NCBI GenBank assembly: GCA_964478075.1
Contig: CAYZGO010000015.1
Span: forward strand, 4,715-68,714
Length of the DNA: 64,000 bases
From: an uncultured Anaerolineales bacterium
GTDB lineage: Bacteria; Chloroflexota; Anaerolineae; UBA2200
Direction of reading: 5' to 3'
The translations under genes and the position numbers were made by a program. Shown here piece after piece: positions 38,830 through 48,929 of the stretch. Every line of letters begins with the position of its first letter. Within the stretch, counting starts at the first letter, position 1. The notes beneath the pieces are model-generated. The model worked only from the letters and a program-made list of their open reading frames with translations, searched no databases and had not been told where the DNA came from.

Positions 38830-39756
38830 CTACGTGTATCGGATTCGTGGATCCAGGAATGCGTACGTAATATCGACCATCAGGTTGGAAAGCACCAGGA
38901 ACAGCGCGTACATGAGAATGGCACCCATCACCACTGGATAGTCCCGGTTCGTGATGCTGGTGATAAAGTACTTGCCCAGCCCCGGTATGGCAAAGATCTG
39001 CTCTACTATAAATGTCCCGGTCACCAGCGCAGCGAACATCGGTCCCAGTATCGTCGCCACAGGAATGAAAGCGTTCTTCAACGCATGGCGTATCATCACC
39101 GTACGCTCGCTCAAGCCCTTTGCGCGTGCTGTCCGGATATAGTCCTCACGGATCACCTGCAGCATGCTTGCTCGCGTCAGCCGCGCGATGATCGCTGACG
39201 ATCCCGTGCCCAAGGCAAAGGCTGGCATGATCATCTTCGCTGGCGTGCCCCAACCGGCCACCGGGAACCAGCCCAGCGTCAAGGCAAAGATGACGATCAA
39301 CAGTGGGCCCAAGACGATGTTGGGCACTGCGATCCCAAAGGTAGCCACGCCCATGCTCAAGTAGTCCCAGAACGTGTTCTGTTTCAGCGCGGCAAGCACA
39401 CCCAGGGGTACACCAATGCCTATTGCAATCAGCAGTGCGAGTATGCCTAACTGGGCCGAGACGGGCAGGTGGTCGGCAAAGATGTCGTTCACCCTGCGGC
39501 TGCGCGAAGAGTAGATGGGCCCAAAGTCAAAGCGCGTGACGATGCCCCCGATATAGTCCACGTACTGCTTCCAGACCGGTTGATCCAGTCCGTAGTGCTT
39601 GTTCAGGTTGGCGATGATCTCCTTCGGCAATGGCTTCTCCCTGTCAAACGGTCCACCAGGCACGGCGTGGGCTAGTGCAAAGGTAATCACCGATATGAAG
39701 AACAGGACCGGGACCAGCCACAACAACCTGCGCACAATATAGCGTAGCATTGTCAC
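38830..39756 (-). CDS. oppB: Oligopeptide ABC permease
   Basis: PGGPF, YGLD.P, EDYIRTARAKGL, NRDYPVV. Confidence 0.92.
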   Translation of the reverse strand: MTMLRYIVRRLLWLVPVLFFISVITFALAHAVPGGPFDREKPLPKEIIANLNKHYGLDQPVWKQYVDYIGGIVTRFDFGPIYSSRSRRVNDIFADHLPVSAQLGILALLIAIGIGVPLGVLAALKQNTFWDYLSMGVATFGIAVPNIVLGPLLIVIFALTLGWFPVAGWGTPAKMIMPAFALGTGSSAIIARLTRASMLQVIREDYIRTARAKGLSERTVMIRHALKNAFIPVATILGPMFAALVTGTFIVEQIFAIPGLGKYFITSITNRDYPVVMGAILMYALFLVLSNLMVDITYAFLDPRIRYT

Positions 39757-39792
39757 CTCCTACTGGCAAATGTTCGGAGTCTGCATTCACAT

Positions 39793-39821
39793 ATTCTATA
39801 GGCAAAACTCTCATACGTCAA
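39793..39821 (-). promoter_or_regulatory. sigma70-type promoter upstream of oppB
   Basis: TTGACG-17 bp-TAGAAT on minus strand. Confidence 0.65.
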
Positions 39822-39914
39822 ATCTAGCACATTGTTACCTTGATTCCGGCAACCTGTCATTCTGAGCTGCGCCATGGTGCGTTCGCACCGCGCATTGTGA
39901 AAGAAACGCTGGTC

Positions 39915-40054
39915 TGTCATTGCGAGGAGCGCAGCGACGAGGCAATCTCCCTCTCACCAACGGGTGGAGATTGCTTCGCCCCTGCGGGGCTCGCCCTGGG
40001 TCTTTCGCCCCTCTGGGGCATGCTACGCGAGGCCCAGGGCCAAAGGCAATGACA
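39915..40054. repeat. REP-like element TGTCATTGCGAGGAGC..GCAATCT..AGATTGCTTCG..CTCGC[insert]AATGACA
   Basis: Terminal TGTCATTG/CAATGACA inverted ends and internal GCAATCT/AGATTGC stem; ~53-bp interruption at 39995-40047. Confidence 0.7.
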
Positions 40055-40338
40055 ACGTGGGCGGTTTCTGAGCACCCTCGCTGTCTATCACTTTGCGGTG
40101 TGGCCCTGGAGTAGCACGACCACGTTGCCTATGAGCCCATGGCTCGCCACCATACGTGAGAATGAGGAAGCGATTGTGCGAATGCGCACTGCCGTGGAGT
40201 TGAGCGGCACTTGCCCCGCTCCCCTTCGCTTCGGGATCCACATGGCCACCGAATGGAATTCGCCGGCTGAACCCTTCGGGCTAGAGCCCTCAAGGGCGGA
40301 GCCTGAAAAGACCCCTCAGGGTCTTGGTCTAGCGCCTG

Positions 40339-40426
40339 CCTGCACCTGTGCCTGCCCTGTCTCACCTTTGTCTTTACGCCAAAGGCGTAAACGGGGACGA
40401 CAGGACTGAGGCGCCACAGGTGCAGG
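40339..40426. repeat. Nested inverted-repeat structure
   Basis: CCTGCACCTGTG/CACAGGTGCAGG outer, CCTGTC/GACAGG middle, TTTACGCC-AAA-GGCGTAAA inner. Confidence 0.7.
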
Positions 40427-40638
40427 CACAGGTGAGGGCGCTTCCCAACTTCAGCCAGGGATTTCAATCCTTGGCTCACTGAGGTGCCGCTCACTCTGTT
40501 GGGAGACTGCTAAACCACCCCTTCCACTCTGCGGTCTTGCCCCGTGTCTAACGGAACTGACAGGCGGCTAGACATCACATAAGAGAAGCCACGTAGCCCA
40601 CGAGGAGCTACGTGGCTCTTCAACTCGTTGGCACTACT

Positions 40639-42288
40639 CTACTGAGCGTGGATCTTCCACTTCTCAATATGTTGGCCGCCAACGAGCTGGTCGGTGCGCT
40701 CCAGGTACGGCTTGTCGCACCTTACGCTGGTGTAGTAGTAGATGGGGATGATCACCGCTTCATCCGCGCACAGGATCTTCTCAGCCTTGAAGTACAGCTC
40801 CCTGCGCTTCTCTGGATCGCTTTCCAGGGCCGCCTGGTCGCACAGGCTGGAGAACTCGTCCGCACCAGGGCCAGACCATTTGGGCTCGTTTAGGCTCTTC
40901 GTCAGGTGGAAGTTCTCCGTCACCCAGTTGTTCTGATCCGGGTAATCTGCGCACCAGCCCAGACGATAGACCTGCGGGGAGTCTTCAGCGAGTGTCTTGA
41001 GGTAGACCCCCCATTCCTGGTTGGCCAGCTTGGCCTCAATACCGAGGTTCTCCTTCCAGGACATCTGGATGAACTGCGCGATCTTGGCGTGCCCTTCGCT
41101 GGTGTTGTACATCAAGGTGATCTCCGGTAGGCCTGCGCCACCCGGATACCCGGCCTCGGCCAGTAACTCCTTTCCCTTGTCTGGATTGAACACGATGCCC
41201 GGGAAGTCGGGATTATCAGCCACCTGGCCGAAGATGCCCTTGCAGGCAAAGCTCCAGGCCGGCAGTTGGCCACCCTTCAGCACGGTGTCAATCAGCTGCT
41301 GGCGGTCAACGCCATAGGAAAGCGCCTTGCGCACCAAGACGTTGTCAGTCCCGGGCTTGGTGGTGTTGAAGCCGTAGTAGTAGGTGCACAGTGCGGGCGC
41401 GATGGTCAGCTCCTTGCTCAACACCGGGTCCGCCTTGACGCGGTCCATGTCGTCCAGTGGCACGGCGGCTACGTCAAGCTCGCCGTTCTCATACATGGCG
41501 AACGCCGTTGAGGTTTCTACAACCATGACGCAGTCGATCGTCTCAATGGTGACGGACTTGGCATCCCACCAGTGGGGGTTCTTGACCATGACCATCCTGC
41601 TTTCGTGCTCCCACGTGTCCAGGCAGTAAGGGCCATTGGTCCAGATATTCCCAGGCTCGGTCCACTTGTCACCGAACTGCTCGATGGGTTCTCTGGGCTG
41701 CGGGCGGTTGACCCACATGCTGGCGATGGCCGGGAAGTAGCCGGCGGGCGACTCCAGCGTGAACTCGACTGTGTAGTCATCTACCGCCTTCACGCCAATG
41801 GAATCTATGTCCGTGCTCTCACCGGTATTGACCGCCATCGCGTTCTTGATGCCGTAGCAAACGTAGGCATAGTCTGAGGCCGTCTCAGGGTTGAGGGTGC
41901 GCTTGACACCGTACTCGATGTCGTGCGCGGTCACGGGACGCTTCTTCTCGGCCTCGCCCGTCGCCGGGTCGTAGTGCACCCAGTAGCCGTCCTCGCGCAT
42001 CTTGAACGTCCATGTCAGGCCGTCAGCAGATACGCTCCACTTCGTGGCCAGCTCTGGAATGACTGCTGCCTCTGTGGTATCCTCAAAGTCCGTCAACCCC
42101 AGGAACAACTGCTCATCACAGAACACCGAGGTGGTGTCCGTGGCCAGCGCTGGGTCCAACGTCGGTGGCTCAGTACCCAGGTTCCAGTGGAGCGTCGTCT
42201 CCAGCTTCTCAGCCGGCTTGCAGGAGGTGACAATCATGGCCAAAGCCAGGAGCAGTGTCACCGCCACAGCGAATCTTTTACCAAACAT
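40639..42288 (-). CDS. oppA: Oligopeptide-binding lipoprotein
   Basis: Lipobox VTSC, EPPTLDP, NGPY, R.GW.ADYPD, IPIYYY. Confidence 0.92.
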   Translation of the reverse strand: MFGKRFAVAVTLLLALAMIVTSCKPAEKLETTLHWNLGTEPPTLDPALATDTTSVFCDEQLFLGLTDFEDTTEAAVIPELATKWSVSADGLTWTFKMREDGYWVHYDPATGEAEKKRPVTAHDIEYGVKRTLNPETASDYAYVCYGIKNAMAVNTGESTDIDSIGVKAVDDYTVEFTLESPAGYFPAIASMWVNRPQPREPIEQFGDKWTEPGNIWTNGPYCLDTWEHESRMVMVKNPHWWDAKSVTIETIDCVMVVETSTAFAMYENGELDVAAVPLDDMDRVKADPVLSKELTIAPALCTYYYGFNTTKPGTDNVLVRKALSYGVDRQQLIDTVLKGGQLPAWSFACKGIFGQVADNPDFPGIVFNPDKGKELLAEAGYPGGAGLPEITLMYNTSEGHAKIAQFIQMSWKENLGIEAKLANQEWGVYLKTLAEDSPQVYRLGWCADYPDQNNWVTENFHLTKSLNEPKWSGPGADEFSSLCDQAALESDPEKRRELYFKAEKILCADEAVIIPIYYYTSVRCDKPYLERTDQLVGGQHIEKWKIHAQ

Positions 42289-42436
42289 CTCTTAGTCTCC
42301 TCCTCATAATATGCTGGTCCGTAAACCGCTAACAGATACTGCGCAGTTGCTCTATCCGATATGCCTCACCTCCCTTCAATCCAGGTCTTGATCAAGCGCT
42401 GCGTAATAGTCTCCGCAAGACGAGAACAGCTCTCGT

Positions 42437-42886
42437 CTATTCGACAGTCTCTAGTTCAGGAATGAAACCCCTCCTGCGGAGAGAAGGCTCTCTTCCCATC
42501 CGAAAAAGGATGTACCCTCGCAAAACATCTTGCGGCTGTTCCTCACGAGTAGGTATGCGTCGAACTGCGGGCGTGGAATGCGTCGGCCTGTGTGATACAG
42601 TTACACCACGATTCACCTCAAGGCCAAAAGCCAAGAGCAGAACACTGATCACCACGGCTTGCACAAGAGGAGCCAGAGGACGCAAAGAACGCCTTGCCCA
42701 ACGCCGCAAATTCGTTGGCGCGTTCATCTCGCGCACACGAGATAGAATCCTGGGCCATACATCTGCCGGAGGCTCTGCCGCCGAGACAGAATCCTCCAGG
42801 CTCCAACGTATCAGTCGGCCCAGGTCGTTCTCCGAAGAGAGGCCATTTATCTTATCCAGTGCATCCTTAGAACGTGCCATAGACAA
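42437..42886 (-). CDS. Probable single-TM anti-sigma factor
   Basis: Overlaps sigma gene end; EPPADVWPRI...V helix then one hydrophobic segment. Confidence 0.55.
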   Translation of the reverse strand: MSMARSKDALDKINGLSSENDLGRLIRWSLEDSVSAAEPPADVWPRILSRVREMNAPTNLRRWARRSLRPLAPLVQAVVISVLLLAFGLEVNRGVTVSHRPTHSTPAVRRIPTREEQPQDVLRGYILFRMGREPSLRRRGFIPELETVE

Positions 42887-43442
42887 CTTGGCCTGACAAT
42901 CTCTTGTCTTCGCTCAGGCTCTTGTGCAGAGCCTTACACGCATAGTGCAGCCGCGACTTGACAGTGCCAACTGGACAATCGAGAATGTACGCAATCTCTG
43001 ACAGGCTAAACCCCTGCAAATAGAAAAGCACAATCACAACCCGCTGCTTGAAACTGAGCGAGGCCACTGCTTCCCGAACAACCTGGCCAAGCTCGTTCCC
43101 CTCAGCCGTGCGTTCAGGACAAGCAGCGGGCCCAGCAATCAGACGGTCAATCAGCGTTTCGAGAGCCAGCGGCCACTGCCGGTTACGGTTCGCCCAATTA
43201 TAACTCAGGTTGACAACGATACGATACAGCCAGGGAGAGAGGGAAGCTGAGGCGTCTACCTTTCCCACAACAGCGTATGCCCGCACAAAGCAATCTTGCA
43301 GGATCTCGTCAGCCGCACCACGATCGCCTGTGATAGCTAGAGCGGCCTGGTAAAGCTGACGTTTGTATTTGTGATACAGAGCCTCAAACGCGTCAAGGTC
43401 GCCGCAGCGGATGCGCGAGATGAGTTCCGCGTCCTCGCTCAT
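42867..43442 (-). CDS. ECF RNA polymerase sigma factor
   Basis: GDLDAFEALY, ADEILQDCF, WLYRIVVN, EIA.IL.CPVGTVKSRL. Confidence 0.92.
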   Translation of the reverse strand: MSEDAELISRIRCGDLDAFEALYHKYKRQLYQAALAITGDRGAADEILQDCFVRAYAVVGKVDASASLSPWLYRIVVNLSYNWANRNRQWPLALETLIDRLIAGPAACPERTAEGNELGQVVREAVASLSFKQRVVIVLFYLQGFSLSEIAYILDCPVGTVKSRLHYACKALHKSLSEDKRLSGQVVYGTF

Positions 43443-43478
43443 AGGCCCCTGCCCTCAGCTTGAGCGCCCTCACCAACT

Positions 43479-43508
43479 TATACACAAGGAAAGCGCCCAA
43501 AAGGTTCA
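43479..43508 (-). promoter_or_regulatory. Candidate ECF-type promoter upstream of the sigma gene
   Basis: TGAACC-17 bp-GTGTATA on minus strand; AAC-containing -35 is typical of ECF promoters. Confidence 0.45.
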
Positions 43509-43542
43509 ATTCGTAGGCGGGATTGGCTCCCGATTCGATCGA

Positions 43543-44310
43543 CTAGGATGGTATAATCAGCACCTGGCCAACAGAAATCCAATGAGGATCCGACAAGTTG
43601 TTGGCCACGATAATGTCCCAGACACTCTTGCCAAAACGTGCCGCAATGCTGTACAGAGTGTCTCCAGGCTGCACCACGTAAGAATCCCCACCAGGCAAGG
43701 ACGAACTGCTGCCTTGGGGGATAACCAGCCTCTGTCCGACGTGAATGTACCATGGATTGACAATGCCGTTGGCTTGACTGATAGCATCAACGGTCGTGTT
43801 GTATTTCCTGGCAATGGAGTAAAGGGTATCCCCGGGCTGAACAATGTACTCGCGCGATGGAGCAAGAGTCGGGGGGGACGTACCGGGTACTTTGAGCACC
43901 TGCCCTACGTTGATGTCGTTGGCATCAGGCAAGCCATTGAGGGCCACGAGAGCTTCGACTGTGGTGTTGAAACGCCGGGCAATGGAATACAACGTATCAT
44001 GCCACTGCACAGTGTACTCGAATTGGCCGGGTATGGGCGTCAACGTGGGGGCAGGAGCGGTCGGCGTCCCTGCAATCCCGGTCGGAGAAGCTTGGGCCAC
44101 ACTGATAATGGTCGGGCCGGCGGTCAATGGAAGCGCCGTGGGAGGGGCCTGAACGGTCAATACCTGCGTGGGAGTAATGGTGCGCGTAGAAGTCACAGCA
44201 ACAGTCGGTGTGACGGCTTCTGGTTTGGCGCGTGTGCAGCCAGCTAGTCCCACGCTCACCAAGCTAACGAGCAGGACACTCGCGCAACAAGTTAGCACTA
44301 TCTTCCTCAT
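43543..44310 (-). CDS. LysM peptidoglycan-binding lipoprotein (three LysM domains)
   Basis: Lipobox LAGC, Pro/Thr linker, three Y.VQ.(G/H)DTLYSIA.(R/K)(F/Y) repeats; likely ATG 44310. Confidence 0.9.
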   Translation of the reverse strand: MRKIVLTCCASVLLVSLVSVGLAGCTRAKPEAVTPTVAVTSTRTITPTQVLTVQAPPTALPLTAGPTIISVAQASPTGIAGTPTAPAPTLTPIPGQFEYTVQWHDTLYSIARRFNTTVEALVALNGLPDANDINVGQVLKVPGTSPPTLAPSREYIVQPGDTLYSIARKYNTTVDAISQANGIVNPWYIHVGQRLVIPQGSSSSLPGGDSYVVQPGDTLYSIAARFGKSVWDIIVANNLSDPHWISVGQVLIIPS

Positions 44311-44465
44311 CGTGCGCGCTCTCCTCCTTCCTTCAGGAACGCTCAGACAGCGAACTCCCAATCAGTTGCCTGAGGGGGCGCTGACGTGAACGAGAGACTG
44401 ACCGTAGCAAAACATGCACAAATATCATACCATAACACTGTGGGGTTGTCAAATGTATTTCAACT

Positions 44466-44559
44466 GGCCGTCGTATACGAAAACTGCGACAACTGTAGAG
44501 ACGTAGCATGCTACGTCTTTGCCACTGCTGCACGAACGCCTGGAAACTGGGATGCACCC
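44466..44559. repeat. REP/MITE-like element related to 37608-37760 and 28478-28565
   Basis: TGGCCGTCGT and ACTGTAGAGACGTAGCATGCTACGTCT shared with 37.7 kb copy; right arm shared with 28.5 kb copy. Confidence 0.75.
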
Positions 44560-45075
44560 TCAACTGGCAAGCAACTGTACAACCTGATCCAAGAGACGCT
44601 CTCTATTGGCAAAGGTGACCGACACGACGACCACTCCAGCCATGCTCTTTAGAGCGTCAGCCCAGGGATGCGCCCGCCACATTACCGTGCCCAGCACGGC
44701 CTTGGGGCTTTGCACAGCGTGCAGCACCGCTGCGCGAAACGCAGCAGACAACAGTTCCATCTTACCTATCTCATCAATGACCACGTAATCTGCCTCTGCC
44801 ACAGCCTGGTAGAGCGCAGATACAGCTACTATATCCACGTTTTCCACGTATACACTGTATTTGCCCACGCGCGGAAGACCGGGCACACTCACGTACGCCA
44901 GAGTGGCCCGCTGTCCATCCAAGGTCACAATCTCAAAGCCAAGCCGACGCTTTCCCTCTCGAATCTCTTGCGTGTAAAAGCCCCCACAGCGTCCGGGCAG
45001 TGCAGCAACCAACTTTTTGATCAGAGTGGTCTTGCCTACGCCCGGCCGCCCGCTCAGCAGGACAGTGCGGCCCAT
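44560..45075 (-). CDS. Nucleoside-triphosphatase (THEP1/NTPase_1)
   Basis: GRPGVGKTT, GGFYT.EIR..G.R.GF, VIDEIGKMEL; ATG 45075. Confidence 0.88.
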   Translation of the reverse strand: MGRTVLLSGRPGVGKTTLIKKLVAALPGRCGGFYTQEIREGKRRLGFEIVTLDGQRATLAYVSVPGLPRVGKYSVYVENVDIVAVSALYQAVAEADYVVIDEIGKMELLSAAFRAAVLHAVQSPKAVLGTVMWRAHPWADALKSMAGVVVVSVTFANRERLLDQVVQLLAS

Positions 45076-45336
45076 GGGAATCCTCCTATGTGCGGCATAG
45101 TATAGCTGTAACCTTGGATTGGCACAACTCGCTGTGAGGCCACAAGAGCGCAAGCTTGACAGTGCTTCGGATGCCGAGGAGGAACGGGCATTCGAGATGC
45201 TGGCTACGTGGTTGGCCGCTGACCTGGGGATCACAGCATAAAGAGGCCAGGATTGCCTCAGTAGCCATCCTGGCCTCTCTTACTGCTTTGCGCACAAACT
45301 GCGAACTCTCTGAGCAATACCCTGTGAATCCCGTCG

Positions 45337-45915
45337 TCAGTGTACCAGACCTGCCTCACCAGGCGGCCAATAGCGAACCCAGGCGTGCCCGATAATGTCG
45401 GACAAAGCCACCTCACCAAAGCTGCGTGAATCGTTGCTGGAGCCGCGATTGTCACCAAGGACGAACACATAGTCTGGCGATACCACGCGAGGCGGCATAT
45501 TGCCGGATGTTAGTTGCTCTAGATAGGATTCCTCCAGAGCCTGGCCATTGATGTAGACGCGGCCATCTCTGATTTCAATGGTCTCGCCTGGCAGGGCAAC
45601 AACGCGCTTGATGAGCGGCGGGTCTGACTGCCGTCGGTTCGGCAGTTTGAGCACCACGATGTCCCCCCGCCGCGGTAGATGGAAGCGATACGAAACCTTT
45701 TCAATAATGAGCCGCTGGTCGTCATACAGGTTAGGCTGCATACTCTGGCCTTCCACCCGAGTGGCCTGCGCCAGGAATGCATTGACAACCAGCACAATGA
45801 GTAAGGCAGGCAGGATAGTCTCCAAGACATCCCGTATCCAGCCTGTGATCCTGCGCCATATCGAAACAGAAGGTGCTATCTGCGGTGTTGGCTCAATAGG
45901 AAGCTTTTCAGTCAT
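45337..45915 (-). CDS. lepB: Signal peptidase I
   Basis: VEGQSMQP (Ser), LIKRV (Lys), GDNR..S.DSR.FG. Confidence 0.93.
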   Translation of the reverse strand: MTEKLPIEPTPQIAPSVSIWRRITGWIRDVLETILPALLIVLVVNAFLAQATRVEGQSMQPNLYDDQRLIIEKVSYRFHLPRRGDIVVLKLPNRRQSDPPLIKRVVALPGETIEIRDGRVYINGQALEESYLEQLTSGNMPPRVVSPDYVFVLGDNRGSSNDSRSFGEVALSDIIGHAWVRYWPPGEAGLVH

Positions 45916-45941
45916 CTGCCTGGTATCCTCTAGAGCTATCG

Positions 45942-48137
45942 TTACTCGCGTCGGCGTGCGGAGCTTCCACCGCCACCGGGTCGTCGGGGCCCAGATGACG
46001 AACTGCGTCTGTCGCTTCTCGTTTTTCTGTCGCGCGCACGCGCCTCCTCTGCCGTCCAGCCCGCCAGTACAGCCTGCCGCGAAAGCCGAATCTTCCCTTC
46101 GCGGTCAATGTCTATGATCATCACCATGATCTCATCGCCGACTTTGACAACGTCTTCGACCCTCCCGACGCGATAGTCAGCTAGTTGGGAGATGTGCACC
46201 AGCCCATCTGTCCCTGGCAGGATCTCTACAAAAGCCCCAAAGTTCGTCGTGCGGACCACTTTGCCCGTGTAAATCTTCCCGATTTCGGGCTCCTCCGTCA
46301 ATCGCTGAATGATTCTCACAGCCTTGTCACTACTCGCCCCGTTGATGGAAGCAATGTAGACCGTGCCGTCATCTTCTACGTCAATCTTGGCTCCCGTTTC
46401 CTCGATAATGCTGCGGATCATCTTACCGCCAGGGCCGATGACCTTGCCGATCTTCTCAGGGTCAATCTTGATCAAGGTGATACGCGGAGCGTATGGCGAC
46501 AACTCTGGACGTGCCTCCTTGATGACGGACAACATCTTGTCCAGCACGAACAAGCGTGCCTCCCTCGCCTGAGCCATGGCCAATCTCATGATCTCGGCAT
46601 TGATACCCTTGGTCTTGACGTCCATTTGCAGAGCAGTAACACCCTTGGCCGTGCCCGCCACCTTAAAGTCCATGTCGCCGAGGGCATCCTCCATGCCCTG
46701 TATATCAGTCAGCACGGCGTAGCGATTTCCATCCTTGACCAGGCCCATAGCAATACCAGCTACTGGTGCATTGATTGGCACACCAGCGTCCATCAAAGCC
46801 AAGGTACTAGCGCAGACACTGGCCATCGAAGTCGAGCCATTAGAGGAGAGCACCTCAGATACCAGCCGGATGGTGTATGGAAAGCCTTCTTCACTGGGGA
46901 TCATGGGCAAGAGGGCTCTCTCAGCCAGCGCACCGTGTCCGATCTCTCGCCGGCCCGGTCCGCGCATCCTTCCTGCTTCCCCCGTGCTATAGGGGGGAAA
47001 GCTATAGTGATGCATATACCGCTTTTTCTCTTCGGTGCCAAGGCCGTCAAGTATCTGCTCGTCACTCACTGTGCCGAGTGTGGCAATAGTCAGGACTTGG
47101 GTTTCTCCACGTGTGAAGAGGCCTGAACCATGCGCACGCGGCAGGAGCCCCACCTCGCCACTGAGATGGCGAATGGTCTTAAAGTCGCGGCCATCTGGGC
47201 GGTAGCCTTTGTCGAGTATCGCACTGCGCACCACGCTCTTGAGACACTGATCAAAGGCGGCCAGGATTTCTGGCTCGGAGTACGTCTCACGCAGGCTGGT
47301 GAGCAATGGTGCACGAAGCTCGTCAAGCGCTTTGTTGCGTTCCTCCTTGCTCTGTGCCTGCTCCAAGGCTGCAGTCAGGCGCTCGACAAGTTGCTCTCGC
47401 ACGACGTGTGCAAGTTTCTCGCTCACCTGAAACAGAGGAAATTCCCTCTTAGGCTTGCCAACAGTTTGGTGCATTTCTTCTTGCATGCGGATGACATCTT
47501 GGAACGCCTTGTGTCCTTCCTGGAGCGCTCGCAGGAGGATCTCTTCGCTTACCTCACTCGCGCCCGCTTCGACCATCACAATGGCATCTGCCGTCCCGGC
47601 CAGCCGTAGGTCCAGAAGGCTGTTCTGCATCTCGGAGGCTGTTGGATTGAGCAACAGCTTCCCATCCGCATAGCCGACTCGTATGGCTCCTACTGGGCCA
47701 GCAAAGGGGATGTCAGAGATTGTCAGGGCGGCCGAAGCACCAATAATGGCCATGATGTCCAGATAGTGTTCCTGATCCGCAGATAGGGCTGTCGCAACGA
47801 TGTGCACATCGTGGCGAAGACCTTTAGGGAGGAGTGGACGCAAAGATCTATCCGTTAGCCGGCAAAGCAGGATTGCTGCCTCGGACGGGCGGCCTTCCCG
47901 TTTGAAGAAGCCCCCTGGGATTTTGCCAGCAGCATACAACCGCTCTTCGTAGTCAATAGTCAAAGGGAGGAAGTTTATGCCCTCACGAGGAGTTCGCGAA
48001 CTAGTAGCTGTAACCAGGATTATGGTATCGCCGCAACGAACAGTCACGGCCCCTCCAGCCTGCCCGGCCAGCTTGCCCGTCTCCACGACCACGGTTGAAC
48101 TGCCCAAAGTGGCACTACAACTTGGTACCGTATTCAT
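45942..48137 (-). CDS. pnp: Polyribonucleotide nucleotidyltransferase
   Basis: [46 protein letters not shown] and S1 domains. Confidence 0.97.
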   Translation of the reverse strand: MNTVPSCSATLGSSTVVVETGKLAGQAGGAVTVRCGDTIILVTATSSRTPREGINFLPLTIDYEERLYAAGKIPGGFFKREGRPSEAAILLCRLTDRSLRPLLPKGLRHDVHIVATALSADQEHYLDIMAIIGASAALTISDIPFAGPVGAIRVGYADGKLLLNPTASEMQNSLLDLRLAGTADAIVMVEAGASEVSEEILLRALQEGHKAFQDVIRMQEEMHQTVGKPKREFPLFQVSEKLAHVVREQLVERLTAALEQAQSKEERNKALDELRAPLLTSLRETYSEPEILAAFDQCLKSVVRSAILDKGYRPDGRDFKTIRHLSGEVGLLPRAHGSGLFTRGETQVLTIATLGTVSDEQILDGLGTEEKKRYMHHYSFPPYSTGEAGRMRGPGRREIGHGALAERALLPMIPSEEGFPYTIRLVSEVLSSNGSTSMASVCASTLALMDAGVPINAPVAGIAMGLVKDGNRYAVLTDIQGMEDALGDMDFKVAGTAKGVTALQMDVKTKGINAEIMRLAMAQAREARLFVLDKMLSVIKEARPELSPYAPRITLIKIDPEKIGKVIGPGGKMIRSIIEETGAKIDVEDDGTVYIASINGASSDKAVRIIQRLTEEPEIGKIYTGKVVRTTNFGAFVEILPGTDGLVHISQLADYRVGRVEDVVKVGDEIMVMIIDIDREGKIRLSRQAVLAGWTAEEARARDRKTRSDRRSSSSGPRRPGGGGSSARRRE

Positions 48138-48368
48138 TTTTTACCTACTTTTCTCATAGTGTTTCGAGATCGGGACGGGCAGTCAGGGACTGGGGACTGA
48201 GCCGCATGTCTCTCATGCGGAGCACTCCCCAATTCCTGGACCACCCATTCGTGATCTCCTGTCTGCATCGGCAACGTAGGTCACCGAGGGCCATGTGCAA
48301 ATGAGTAGATGAACACTCCGATCTACTCGTCCATCTATCTTAGGCCCCTCGGGTCCGTTGCGCATACG

Positions 48369-48638
48369 CTACTTCCGCAAATCCAGCCGCGCTACGATTT
48401 GCTTGTATCGTTTCGTGTCTGTGCGGCTCAGATAGGCCAGATGCCGGCGACGCTGTCCTACCAGCTTCAGTAAGCCGCGTCGTGAAGCTTCGTCGTGTTT
48501 ATGGAGTTTGAGATGCTCAGTGAGGTCAGTAATGCGCTTGGTCAAGAGCGCTATCTGCACCTCCGGCGAACCCGTGTCCTTGGGATGGACGTGGTATTCC
48601 CTGATGACGGCTTCCTTTTCACCCTTTTCCAGGGCCAT
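48369..48638 (-). CDS. rpsO: 30S ribosomal protein S15
   Basis: [36 protein letters not shown]; ATG 48638. Confidence 0.97.
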   Translation of the reverse strand: MALEKGEKEAVIREYHVHPKDTGSPEVQIALLTKRITDLTEHLKLHKHDEASRRGLLKLVGQRRRHLAYLSRTDTKRYKQIVARLDLRK

Positions 48639-48764
48639 GCCGCACCCCCTTTCTCCTTGGGACGTCAAACACAATTCACAATTATAGCGCACTTTGGAGC
48701 AGAATGCAAATCAAATGCATATCGCGGCAAACGTGTTGAAAAGCCCCAGGCGTTCTTACGGAGC

Positions 48765-48878
48765 TACAGAGTACTGCGTCAAGCGCTAAACTTGAGCACT
48801 TGTTCCCATATCGTTCATCCCGCTCGACGGGACAGCAATTCGACCAAAGGGGTTTAGCCATTGATGCACAAAGCAGTA
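48765..48878 (+). mobile_element. Dispersed MITE-like element, copy A
   Basis: TACAGAGTACTGCGTCAAGCGCTAAACT...GGTTTAGC...GCACAAAGCAGTA; colinear with 49458-49549 and 63468-63582 (both reversed). Confidence 0.7.
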
Positions 48879-48929
48879 AACCGGGCACGCTTGGTACACG
48901 CGCCATCACTGTAAGGAAGGTGCATCGAG

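Noticed and set aside
40023-40494. ORFs of 70-120 aa listed in the oppA-oppB gap
   Set aside because: They run through palindromic repeats and lack RBS and recognisable motifs
44311-44440. c-di-AMP or c-di-GMP riboswitch expected upstream of a LysM gene
   Set aside because: No recognisable consensus of either class in the leader
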